A stretch of 46,646 nt of DNA from a virus (lineage: Duplodnaviria; Caudoviricetes), in the IMG/VR virus record IMGVR_UViG_3300048851_000078, positions 1 through 46,646 of that record, one strand, 5' to 3'. This document shows positions 1 through 8,776 of the stretch, piece by piece. Every line of letters starts with the position of its first letter. The first letter of the stretch is position 1. The translations under genes and the position numbers were made by a program. The notes beneath the pieces are model-generated. The model ran no database searches and was not told the origin of the DNA. It was given only the letters and a program-made list of their open reading frames with translations.

Positions 1-315
1 GTTTACCTGGGCGGTGCGTGCTGTCAGCTGAATATTATGAGTATGGGGAAGTGCGACGAGATGTTGCGAATTCTACGCCCTTGTTAACGTTGTCACAACC
101 GAGGCAGGGTCTGGCGCGTGGCTTGGCGGGCGAGGGTTGGCAGGTACTTCAGGTACGCAGGTCGTCGCCGTAACCCCGCGTGATCAAGGCGTCGCCGTTT
201 GACAGACCCGCGTTACTGTCCTTCGCTATTTGTAGTCAGGGCGACAATTGGACGCACTCAGGAAGGTGCGTCTTACAGGACGTTAATCAATCGGGTTATC
301 CCGCAGGATGCTGTG

Positions 316-3039
316 ATGAACCTCACCGGCTGGGCGCTGTTCGGCACCTTTCTACAGGTTTCGTGCGTATCGCTGTTGTTGCCAATCACATCCATCGAAG
401 CGGCCTGCACCCTTGTGTCCGGCCCGGGCAACGACAGGCCCGTGTGCGACAGCGGCGTCAGCGCGGGCTTGACCGACCTGGCCGGAAATAACCTGTTGAC
501 GTTTCCCGAGGGCGGCACCGGCGTCGTGACGGGCAACGTCGTTTATGGCGGCGGCGCAGACCGGATCATCATGAGCTCAGGCACGCTGCAGGGTGCGGTC
601 AATCAAGGCGCCGGTGCGAACGTGTTCGTCATGGACAGCGGGACGGTAACCGGCAGCGTTCTGCAGGGTGCCGGCATCGATAACTTCTTCATGCGCGGCG
701 GTAGCGTCCAGTCACTGGCGCAAGGTGACAGCCGCGATGTGTTCTCCATGAGCGGCGGCACGATCGTCGGCGCATTCGAAGACGGCGATGTCGCCACCAT
801 GAGCGGCGGCACCATCGGCCGCGTAGACATGAAGCTCGACAACAACCTGTTCGAGCTGTCGGGAGGGCGGATTGTCGGCAACCTCGTCACCGGTTTCGGC
901 CGGGACACTATCGTCATCAGCGGTGGCAGTATCGGCGGTAATCTCAGCGTCAGCGGTGGCAACGACAGCATCAGCGTGAGCGGCGGAACAATATCGGGTG
1001 AGGTTCGCGCCAGCTTTGGCGACGACATATTTGGCTGGAGCGGGGGAGGCTTGATTGACGCCTCGGTGCTCATGGGCGACGACAACGACCGAGCCCTGAT
1101 CGGCAACCTTGACGAGCGCTCGCTGAGCTCCACCCCGTCAGTGGATGGTGGTTTGGGCAACGACCGACTGACCTTCATTCAGACAACAACAGCCGGCGCC
1201 GGTCGCTACCCGGGATGGGAGACGGTCGAACTCACCGAGCAGTCCCGATTCAAGCTGGACGGTGATTTCTTTCTGGGTGACAGCGTGAGCGGCACCGGCA
1301 CGTTCGTGATCGACAGCACCAGCGTTCTCGATGTCAGCCGAGGGGCAATTCGCCCTTACACCGCAGGTCAGTTAGCGACGTTGAGTAACGCCGGGGTCAT
1401 CGACATGGCCACCAACGGCTCCGTTGCCAGCGACACACTGACCGTCGATGGCAACTATGTGGGAAGCGGCGGTCAGCTGTTGCTGCAAACCGCACTGGGC
1501 GATGACCGCTCGGCCAGTGACCGGCTTGTGGTGTCCCAGGGCACCATCAGCGGCAACACGCAACTCGGTATCCGTAACCTCAACGGGCTGGGCGGGCTGA
1601 CGCAAGTCAACGGCATCGAAGTGGTGCAGGCCCTTAACGGCGCAACGAGTACGAATGGTGCGTTCGTGCTGGGTAATCGCGTCGTGGCGGGCGCCTATCG
1701 CTACCAGCTGTTCAAGGGCGGAATCACGGCGGGGACTGAAAACAGCTGGTTCCTGCGCTCATCCGTGGCCGCGATCCGCCCTCCTGCGAGCGCGCCACCG
1801 ATGCCACCGAGTGCCCCGCCCGTGGTGGGTCCGGTGGTAAATCCCGTCCCGGATCCCGTCACGCCGCCGCTCGTTATTCCGCCAGTCGTCACCGAGCCGG
1901 CACCTCTCATTCCCGTCGATGCGGATGAACCGGCGGTTGAGCCTCCTACCGCAGCTCCCGCCGCGGTGCCTGTTGTCCCTGCTGCGCCCATCGCGCCTTC
2001 GGCCACGCCGGCTGCTGTGTCGCCAATGCCGGCGCCATCGGCGTCGCCTATTCCCGGCATCTCTGCTGGCGCCGAGCCGATCCCGCTGTACCGTCTGGAG
2101 GTGCCGATCTACTCGGTGTTCATCCCAGCCGCACAAATCATGGCGCGTGAGGCCGTGGGCACTTTTCACGACCGGCAGGGTGATCAAAGCCTGCTCAGCG
2201 AAGCCGGAACTGCCCCGGCCGGGTGGGCGAGGCTGTACGGCAGCGATGTCCGCCGGGAATGGACCGGCACGGCGTCGCCCCGCTTCGATGGGTCGACCAA
2301 GGGCTACCAAGTGGGCCACGATCTGTACGCCGCGCCAACCGATTCCGGCCAGGTACAACACGCCGGTCTATTTGTCGGGCAAAGCCGGCTGCAAGGCAGC
2401 GTCAACGGATTCGCCGAAGGCTTTAAAGGCACCAAGGCGGGCCGCATGAAAATCAACGGCGATCACTTTGGCGCCTACTGGACGCTGGTCGACCCTGGCG
2501 GCGGATATTTGGACGCCGTGGTCATGGCCACGCGTCTCGACGGCAGCAGCCGATCCAATCAAGGGGTCAGGCTCGACACTGGCGGCCACGCGCTCAGCCT
2601 TTCCCTGGAGTCCGGTTATCCGATGGCGATCTCCGAGCACTGGGTTATCGAACCGCAGGCGCAAGTGATCCACCAACGCATCGATCTCGACCGGCACAAC
2701 GACGGCATCTCCGACGTTGCCTTTGATTCCCAGCCCTACTGGACCACTCGGCTTGGCGCACGCGTGAAGGGGCGTTACGTGGTTGACGATCTTCCTGTCG
2801 AACCCTACGTGCGGGCGAACGTCTGGCATGTGCTGGACGGCAAAGACACCGTCACCTACAACGGCATCGACCGGATCAAAGCCCGGCACACGTCCTCATC
2901 GAGCGAGCTCGGCGTTGGGGTTGTCGTCGGCGTTGCACCGGGCGTCAGCGTTTATATGGCGGTCGATTACGCTGCGCAGCTGGACAGCAATGACGTGGCG
3001 GGGGCCAGTGGCAGCATGGGCGTTCGTGTCAGTTGGTGA
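316..3039 (+). CDS. Autotransporter (type Va): Gly-rich beta-helical passenger, pertactin-like autochaperone, Pro/Ala-rich linker, C-terminal beta-barrel
   Basis: Repeated 'MSGGTIxG' beta-helix rungs, 'LTVDGNYVG..LLLQTALGDDRSASDRLVV' autochaperone motif, barrel ending in aromatic W (VRVSW). The ORF opens at 199; ATG 316 after CAGGA is the likelier start. Confidence 0.9.
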   Translation: MNLTGWALFGTFLQVSCVSLLLPITSIEAACTLVSGPGNDRPVCDSGVSAGLTDLAGNNLLTFPEGGTGVVTGNVVYGGGADRIIMSSGTLQGAVNQGAGANVFVMDSGTVTGSVLQGAGIDNFFMRGGSVQSLAQGDSRDVFSMSGGTIVGAFEDGDVATMSGGTIGRVDMKLDNNLFELSGGRIVGNLVTGFGRDTIVISGGSIGGNLSVSGGNDSISVSGGTISGEVRASFGDDIFGWSGGGLIDASVLMGDDNDRALIGNLDERSLSSTPSVDGGLGNDRLTFIQTTTAGAGRYPGWETVELTEQSRFKLDGDFFLGDSVSGTGTFVIDSTSVLDVSRGAIRPYTAGQLATLSNAGVIDMATNGSVASDTLTVDGNYVGSGGQLLLQTALGDDRSASDRLVVSQGTISGNTQLGIRNLNGLGGLTQVNGIEVVQALNGATSTNGAFVLGNRVVAGAYRYQLFKGGITAGTENSWFLRSSVAAIRPPASAPPMPPSAPPVVGPVVNPVPDPVTPPLVIPPVVTEPAPLIPVDADEPAVEPPTAAPAAVPVVPAAPIAPSATPAAVSPMPAPSASPIPGISAGAEPIPLYRLEVPIYSVFIPAAQIMAREAVGTFHDRQGDQSLLSEAGTAPAGWARLYGSDVRREWTGTASPRFDGSTKGYQVGHDLYAAPTDSGQVQHAGLFVGQSRLQGSVNGFAEGFKGTKAGRMKINGDHFGAYWTLVDPGGGYLDAVVMATRLDGSSRSNQGVRLDTGGHALSLSLESGYPMAISEHWVIEPQAQVIHQRIDLDRHNDGISDVAFDSQPYWTTRLGARVKGRYVVDDLPVEPYVRANVWHVLDGKDTVTYNGIDRIKARHTSSSSELGVGVVVGVAPGVSVYMAVDYAAQLDSNDVAGASGSMGVRVSW

Positions 3040-3155
3040 GCGTGACCGGACAGAGAGAAGCGAAACCGCCCGTCTAAGCTGGGGCACTCTTGGCGCTCAA
3101 AGGCTTCTCATAAGCATGGTGCGGACAACCCGCGCGTAGACGAGGAGATACTTTC

Positions 3156-3359
3156 ATGGCCAATGGCGCTCCGCTGACCGGAACATCAGCCCACACCGAT
3201 TCGAATAAAGAGCTTGGCTTCGATCAGGATTCGCCTGATGTGTCCGACCCGCAGGTAGACCCGACCGAGTCAGCACGAACCGAGAACGATCCAGTGACCG
3301 AAGAGCCGACTACTCGGCGTGGGAATGACGAGCCGTTGCCGGGGAAGGGTGGGGTTTGA
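3156..3359 (+). CDS. Small acidic hypothetical protein
   Basis: 67-aa ORF with GAGGAG RBS, followed by an intrinsic terminator. Confidence 0.7.
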   Translation: MANGAPLTGTSAHTDSNKELGFDQDSPDVSDPQVDPTESARTENDPVTEEPTTRRGNDEPLPGKGGV

Positions 3360-3377
3360 TCCGGGCGCTCTGAACGT

Positions 3378-3408
3378 AAAAGCCCCGCTGGTGATAGCGG
3401 GTTTTTTT
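3378..3408 (+). terminator. Rho-independent terminator (possibly bidirectional)
   Basis: CCCGCT-ggtgat-AGCGGG stem followed by T7, with an A-run upstream. Confidence 0.8.
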
Positions 3409-3534
3409 GTGGGTGGGTTAATGGTGCTTACACCTTATCGATTGCTGGACGAGGTCGGACTCGTTCAGGCCTACCTTTAGCGATACCTGCAAAGCGCGCC
3501 AACGGAGCTCGCGCAAACGTCCCATTGTCTGGGT

Positions 3535-5046
3535 TCAGTCGTCTGAAGATCGTTGCTCAGCTTTCAGTGCGCGGCCGGTCGCAGTCAGGCGATAGCGTTG
3601 CTTGCTGCTATTGGGCTTGTCCGGAACAGTCATCTCAACCACCCCAAGCGCCAGTAGTGGGGTCAAAACCTGCTCGCGGAACTTGCTGCGGTTGCTGCGC
3701 CCGACGAATGTCATTAGCTCTGGCGCAGTGTGATCACCTGTCATCCTGCATAGCAGCGTTACCTGCTCTTGCTGCAAAGACAGGCGAGTTTCGACTTGTT
3801 CTCCTTCGCCAGTGGACTCAGTCCCTACTTGGTCCCTACTTGGTCCCGACTTAGTCCCTACTTGGTCCCCGCTTAGGCCCGAAGGAGCCCCTTTTTCGAC
3901 GGCACGCTGAATCACCACCTTGAACTGATTACCCTGCCGGTCGTCCTCCAGCGTGATCATCGGCCAGGCATCGATCGCGCGCGGGATGCCGGTGCCCAAA
4001 CCGCGGTACGGGAGAATGTGCACAGCATGAGAGGTAAGCGTCGGGTTGCGACGGTTGGACAGGCCGAATCGAATTTTCTCGGTATCGAGCACGTCGGGCA
4101 GGTGGCCGGGACTGATGAGTTCGATGCGATCAGCGAAAATCATGATCCGGATCGAGGCGCTGACAAAATAATCGCGGTGAATTAGGGCATTGACCAGCAG
4201 TTCTTCAAACACCTCCTCCGGCACTTCCAGCTGGCCGAGGGTATTGAAGCCCTGCTGGCGCTGCACGTGGTGCAGGTTGCGCTTGATGAAGGCAAGGCTT
4301 CGTCGGTACTGCTCCTGCAGATTGCCGTCGATATCTTCGCTGTCTAGATAGTTGCGGTCATGCAAAACCGTGCCCGGAAACGCCACGGCTTTGATGTCAA
4401 ACGCCGGGCACAGGCGTTGTGGCGTTTGGCAGAAGAGCAGCAAACCGGCCAAATTGGGTGTGTCGCCACTGGCGAGGCCAAGATTTTCCAAGATGAGGGT
4501 GGTTTCCAAACCTGTCTGTTCGGGACTCTGCCGAAAGCGTCTTTGAAAGTACTCGCCAAGCACCTTGGCGTCGATATCCGCCACGCTGCTGCCCGCGACC
4601 GGTACCGCATCGGCGCATACTAGCCCGGCCTGCTGGAACAACCGCTGCAGTTCTTCACGGGCCGTGACCCGGCGCTTGTCGGCGCCATTCTTTACCCAGA
4701 TGCGACCCTGATTGTCGACATAGGGCTTGTTCAACCCTTGTCCGACTGTCACCACCATCACCAACCCGTGCTCGGTCTGGAGGTTGCTGGACAGTGGATT
4801 GATGGCAGGGCGGACGTTTTGCGACGCCGCATTGGAGAGCAACTGATTGAGCCGCGCAACGTCGGCGCCGCCCAACCCGCTCACTGCGCCGGAGTCTTCC
4901 ACGCCGATTAGCAGATAGCCGCCGGACGTATTGGCGAACGCGACCAACTCGGCCGCCAGCGCATCGATGTTGGTGAAATCTCGCTTGAACTGATGACGGC
5001 TGTCCTCACCACAGGCAAGGATCTGGTGAAGCTCGGCAAGGGTCAT
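3535..5046 (-). CDS. Schlafen/AlbA_2 domain + HATPase_c_4 (RecG C-terminal-like) + C-terminal winged-HTH protein
   Basis: N-terminal 'GEDSRHQFK..AELVAFANTSGGYLLIGVED', central 'EELLVNALIHRDY..IELISPGHLP..RNPTL..GTGI', C-terminal 'RSKFREQVLTPLL..PNSSKQRYRLT'. Confidence 0.85.
   Translation of the reverse strand: MTLAELHQILACGEDSRHQFKRDFTNIDALAAELVAFANTSGGYLLIGVEDSGAVSGLGGADVARLNQLLSNAASQNVRPAINPLSSNLQTEHGLVMVVTVGQGLNKPYVDNQGRIWVKNGADKRRVTAREELQRLFQQAGLVCADAVPVAGSSVADIDAKVLGEYFQRRFRQSPEQTGLETTLILENLGLASGDTPNLAGLLLFCQTPQRLCPAFDIKAVAFPGTVLHDRNYLDSEDIDGNLQEQYRRSLAFIKRNLHHVQRQQGFNTLGQLEVPEEVFEELLVNALIHRDYFVSASIRIMIFADRIELISPGHLPDVLDTEKIRFGLSNRRNPTLTSHAVHILPYRGLGTGIPRAIDAWPMITLEDDRQGNQFKVVIQRAVEKGAPSGLSGDQVGTKSGPSRDQVGTESTGEGEQVETRLSLQQEQVTLLCRMTGDHTAPELMTFVGRSNRSKFREQVLTPLLALGVVEMTVPDKPNSSKQRYRLTATGRALKAEQRSSDD
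3816..3881. repeat. Six tandem degenerate 11-bp repeats (consensus ACTTRGTCCCT) inside the ATPase-HTH linker
   Basis: actcagtccct/acttggtccct/acttggtcccg/acttagtccct/acttggtcccc/gcttaggcccg. Confidence 0.9.
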
Positions 5047-5490
5047 TGAGCGTCTCTTGGTGTTGCGGTCATTAAGTCGCGTAGCAGGCGAGCGGCATTA
5101 TCCCTCATGAACGAGCACCGTGGTCAATCCGGTGTTCAGGACCGGAGTTATCCTTTCTGCGCGCGAAGATCATGATCCAGGTCGTCTAGCGGGACGCGCA
5201 GCCATGCCTGTCGAGGCCAGTGGCATTTCACGCAGACACTTACCATTCAGATGGTGCGGGCGGTGAACACTACCCGAGGGACCAGCGACTGGCTCAACTG
5301 TTGTTGATAAAGTCGTTGAGGCTTTCCAAGTGTCTTGCGGGAGGTGGTAAATGTAGTCGCTCTGCTCTTCATCATTAGTTCGTCTGTATGGGCCGAGATC
5401 ACGGGGGCAGTGATTCCCGCGGGCTTTAGCAGTAGGGGCATCCGGGACGCCCGCTGCCCTGACCGGCCAAGCTTTCGTAATTTCAGGCAC

Positions 5491-5522
5491 AAAAAAAGAC
5501 GTCCGGAGACGTCTTCTTTTTT
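5491..5522 (-). terminator. Intrinsic terminator downstream of the ssrA 3' end copy
   Basis: AAGACGTC-cgga-GACGTCTT stem with T-tracts on both strands. Confidence 0.85.
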
Positions 5523-5527
5523 GGATT

Positions 5528-5555
5528 TGGTGGAGCCGGGGGGATTTGAACCCCC
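5528..5555 (-). repeat. ssrA: Prophage attachment site: displaced 3' end of the tmRNA gene
   Basis: Minus strand reads GGGGGTTCAAATCCCCCCGGCTCCACCA (T-arm + acceptor + CCA of Pseudomonas tmRNA) with no upstream tmRNA body. It lies downstream of int and is flanked by an IR (AGCCCC..GGGCT) and arm-like repeats TGACAG/TGCCAG. Confidence 0.88.
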
Positions 5556-5606
5556 AGCCGAGCCCCATGCTACGGGCTTTACAGGTTCAAAGCTGGCATA
5601 AACCTG

Positions 5607-6245
5607 TCATTTCGATCCAGACGTTGCAAGCGTCTTAGCGAGGGTTTCGAGATGGCTCGCCACATCCTCATATCCGAAAAAGTTTGTCGGGTGCTCATAC
5701 GTAATGGTAATCCGGTCGTCGATGGTCATGCCCAGTCTGCTAAAGAGTTCGTCACGCAGCATCATGGCATCTACTTTGAATTCCCGTTCCCATTCCGCAG
5801 TTGTTTCATTGGAGTGGCGCAGCATTAGATTTGTCGATCGTTCCCATTCTTCTTCCGCGTTCGCATCGCTTGAAGGTCTACGGTAAAGGCCTTCGTAGGA
5901 CTGCGCTTTTCGGCGGTGAATAAATTCGCGAACTCTTGCGACTAGCCCAAGCGTCTTAGCGCAGAGCTCCGCTCCATCGTAAGTAATGACCTTAGTGGCC
6001 GTCTCTTCAAATTTTAATGCGCGTTCTTTGTATTCTTCGCTCTGCTCGGTCTTTCGGATGAGCCTTCCATTTAATGTATTGATTTGCTCTTTAAGGCTTT
6101 CCGTTATTCCACCGTAACGCCACCTTGCAGCCAAATACGCCAGAAAAAATGCAGTTATTGTAAGTATCGCAAAAGAACCCGGCGCTTCACTTATGTGCGC
6201 CCATTCCCGTAGAATTAGGGATACGAACTTATCTATGTCCATCAC
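5607..6245 (-). CDS. Moron: hypothetical membrane-anchored protein (N-terminal TM, coiled coil)
   Basis: 212-aa ORF, AT-richer than phage core, hydrophobic 'FAILTITAFFLAYLAA' followed by a heptad-like segment, GGAG RBS. Confidence 0.75.
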   Translation of the reverse strand: MMDIDKFVSLILREWAHISEAPGSFAILTITAFFLAYLAARWRYGGITESLKEQINTLNGRLIRKTEQSEEYKERALKFEETATKVITYDGAELCAKTLGLVARVREFIHRRKAQSYEGLYRRPSSDANAEEEWERSTNLMLRHSNETTAEWEREFKVDAMMLRDELFSRLGMTIDDRITITYEHPTNFFGYEDVASHLETLAKTLATSGSK

Positions 6246-6460
6246 CGCTCCTGCGTTGTTAACTCAGTGTTGCTCGTGGGCAATCCCCACGAGATTTCAG
6301 CTTAGGTCCCAGCGGCCTCATACTTGCGCAATCGTTGTCGGATCGCTATAACGTATTCGCCGCCTGGCTGATCAGGCACTTACCTGTAGAGGGGATCCCC
6401 GAGGCCCGGTATGCACCGAGCTGATGTGAGCGCAGCCCCCACCGTTCGAGTCCAGTTTAT

Positions 6461-6483
6461 AAAAGGCCTCCGGTCCAAGGGCC
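6461..6483 (-). terminator. Probable terminator for the int/moron transcript
   Basis: GGCCC..AGGCC hairpin followed by TTTTAT on the minus strand. Confidence 0.5.
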
Positions 6484-6498
6484 GCCATAACGCTGTTA

Positions 6499-7182
6499 TC
6501 AGCCACTGTCACCATCCCAAACGCGAGGAGCAAAGCCCTTCGGCATAACCATATAAATGCTGTCGATCACTAGGTACCCGCTTCCAACCCCGGCAACTTT
6601 CCACTTGAACTGTCCCCCATTACCAGATACCTCCGGCTCGCCAAGTGATCTAGTCAGCGCTGCTTTCAGAAAACCCTTACCAAGCGACTGTTGATAATCC
6701 AGCAAGTAGCTAACCATACCTATCTTCTTCGATTTCGGGTCGTAACTGTACCTGACTTCTTGAAAAACTGAGTTATCGAGCTTGACCGTGAATTGCGGCT
6801 GTTTCGGATTTTGGGTTGAGTTAGTAATTTTGTCTTTGTCATAAGCGCCGTAAATTGCGTCTATGCTTTGACCTAGCCTAATCGTTCCGAGGGTTGCAGG
6901 ATATATTTCGCCTCTAGTGAACAGGTTTGAGTGTTCAATCGCTGCCAGTTTTTGCTGGCTTATTAGCAGCTTGTCTTTGGTGCTCTTAAGATCAAGCAAT
7001 GCCGCCGCTTGTGATTCGAGTTGCGTATTAAGCTTCTCGACTTTCTGATTAGCCTCAAACACTTTTAAAGGCGTTATGAACTGATCATGAAGAACGTGGG
7101 TCACGGTTGCTGTCATGCTCACCGCTCCAACAAGTATCCCACCAAACCAAGCAAGTGTACTTTTGTCGATGTTGTCTGCCAT
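6499..7182 (-). CDS. Moron: hypothetical protein with N-terminal TM, coiled coil and globular C-terminal domain
   Basis: ATG 7182 preceded by AGGGAG, 'LAWFGGILVGAVSMTATV' TM segment, AT-rich codon use. Confidence 0.75.
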   Translation of the reverse strand: MADNIDKSTLAWFGGILVGAVSMTATVTHVLHDQFITPLKVFEANQKVEKLNTQLESQAAALLDLKSTKDKLLISQQKLAAIEHSNLFTRGEIYPATLGTIRLGQSIDAIYGAYDKDKITNSTQNPKQPQFTVKLDNSVFQEVRYSYDPKSKKIGMVSYLLDYQQSLGKGFLKAALTRSLGEPEVSGNGGQFKWKVAGVGSGYLVIDSIYMVMPKGFAPRVWDGDSG

Positions 7183-7193
7183 TGGGCTCTCCC

Positions 7194-8372
7194 TTAGCCG
7201 ATTTTCGTGGGGCAAGTTTTGGGCGATATGTCGGAAAATGCGGCTTCCGCTTTATTGCCCGACGAATCCTCGGATGACGGCATCCAGCGCCCGTAGACGC
7301 GGGCTATCATCGTCCAGTCAGTATGCCCCATTTGCTTAGCTACCCACATCGGATGTTCCCCTGCCGAAAGCATCATTGATGCGTAGGTGTGCCGAGTCTG
7401 ATAAGGGCGTCGGTACCTAACGCCTGCCTTTTTAACAGCGGAAGCCCACATGGTCTTGCGGATCGGACCATCGCCCACCCAGCGTTCCAGCGTTCGCGGA
7501 TTCTGAAACACCTCGTTCCCTGCTAAAAATGTGTGTGCCTTCTGCGCTTTCAGTGCCGCCAAGGCTGGTCTTAGCAGCTTTACCGCGCGACGGCCTGCAG
7601 TCGTTTTAGGTACCTCCGCCATGCCCTTCGACGCTTGGGTCATTGCCCGGGTGATCATCACCTCATCGCGAATCCAGTCCACATCCCCCCAGTCCAGCGC
7701 TACCAGTTCGCTCGTACGCAGACCTGTCCAAAAAGCAAACTGCACCAGATTCGCGGCTTGGCCTTGGAGTGCGCCTATGATCGCAGACTGTTCTTCTCGA
7801 CTGAATGGGTCGACGTCATCCTCATCTGTGGGAGCAGACTTGCGTTTGTACGTCCATCCTGCCATCGGATTGTTCTCGATCAATTCCTCGTCGACAGCTT
7901 CGGTGAGCGCCGAGCGCAGGCAGCTCTGGATATTGCTCAGAGTCTTGTTGCTGGTTTCCAAGGTGTCGAGCCAGTCTTTAATCATCTTCCGTTTCAGATC
8001 GACCATCATGTGCGCGCCCAGCACGGGCACCAGGCGGTGCTCGACGAGCTTGCGATAGCCGTCGAACGTACTGCTGGACAGATGTTTTTTCTTAGATGCG
8101 AGCCACCGAGTGAGGAAGCCGGCAACCTTTTCTCGTGAGACCTCCGGCGCAAACTTCACGGCCCGGGTCGAGCTGGGGAAGGTGACCGCATAATCGAACG
8201 TGCCGATGGAAATCGCATGCTCGATCGCGGCCTTGTGCTGCTCGGCCTTCTTCAGATTAGTGGAGGTGGGCTTGAGCGTGATGCGCTCGCGGCACCGGAC
8301 GCCCCGATACATGAACGTGATTTCGATACTCGAATCGGAGACTGCCCGAACTCCCCGCCCATCTCTACCCAT
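7194..8372 (-). CDS. int: Phage integrase (tyrosine recombinase with N-terminal arm-binding DUF3596-like domain)
   Basis: 'TGLRTSEL', 'PKT', 'YQTRHTYAS', 'QMGH', 'RVYGRW' catalytic motifs; points toward the att site. Confidence 0.95.
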   Translation of the reverse strand: MGRDGRGVRAVSDSSIEITFMYRGVRCRERITLKPTSTNLKKAEQHKAAIEHAISIGTFDYAVTFPSSTRAVKFAPEVSREKVAGFLTRWLASKKKHLSSSTFDGYRKLVEHRLVPVLGAHMMVDLKRKMIKDWLDTLETSNKTLSNIQSCLRSALTEAVDEELIENNPMAGWTYKRKSAPTDEDDVDPFSREEQSAIIGALQGQAANLVQFAFWTGLRTSELVALDWGDVDWIRDEVMITRAMTQASKGMAEVPKTTAGRRAVKLLRPALAALKAQKAHTFLAGNEVFQNPRTLERWVGDGPIRKTMWASAVKKAGVRYRRPYQTRHTYASMMLSAGEHPMWVAKQMGHTDWTMIARVYGRWMPSSEDSSGNKAEAAFSDISPKTCPTKIG

Positions 8373-8527
8373 GACTCATATCCCTCTGTGTCGATCAGCG
8401 TCCGGCCGTCCGGAGCCTTGTACCAAATCTCGCCAAGCCGCCAAATTCCATCACGGATCTTCGAGCGGATAGCGTCCTCGCTGTAGCCAGACTCGCTGGC
8501 GAATTTCCTGATGGTCATGTAGCGCAT
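8252..8527 (-). CDS. xis: Excisionase overlapping the int 5' end
   Basis: Small basic wHTH-like ORF ('TIRKFASESGYSEDAIRSKIRDGIW..W.KAPDGR.LID') directly upstream of int, AGGAG RBS. Confidence 0.8.
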   Translation of the reverse strand: MRYMTIRKFASESGYSEDAIRSKIRDGIWRLGEIWYKAPDGRTLIDTEGYESWVEMGGEFGQSPIRVSKSRSCIGASGAASASRSSPPPLI

Positions 8528-8578
8528 TGGGTTTACTCCTGACGCGTCAGGTTTGTTTTTGGTGATGAGACTGACGCG

Positions 8579-8776
8579 TCATTGCTGTGGATCGTTGTTG
8601 CCCGAGTCAGCTACTGCGCGCAGTTTCAAGTCGATGCCGCAGGAGTTGGCTAAGCTTGTGAGCTGGCCTACCGTGGTGGCCGGTTCTTTCAGCGCCTGGC
8701 CGAAGCGGATCAGACGATCGCCCAAGCTTTCAAATTCAGTACGCAGGTGAAGCTGGCTGCCCTGGGACATGATCAT
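8579..8776 (-). CDS. Hypothetical phage protein
   Basis: 65-aa ORF translationally coupled to the upstream gene (ATGA overlap). Confidence 0.7.
   Translation of the reverse strand: MIMSQGSQLHLRTEFESLGDRLIRFGQALKEPATTVGQLTSLANSCGIDLKLRAVADSGNNDPQQ

Noticed and set aside
3816-3881. CRISPR array
   Set aside because: Contiguous 11-bp units without spacers; no cas genes
5528-5600. Complete tRNA or tmRNA gene
   Set aside because: Only the 28-nt 3' end matches; the adjacent sequence is att-arm-like, with no D/anticodon arm or tag reading frame
5170-5601. Overlapping ORFs 5170-5568, 5247-5492 and 5335-5601
   Set aside because: They cross or abut the att site and terminator and have no recognisable motif or RBS; at most decayed sequence
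6436-6456. tRNA T-loop-like GTTCGAGTCC and hammerhead-like CTGATG nearby
   Set aside because: The flanks do not form a T-stem and the hammerhead GAAA core is missing
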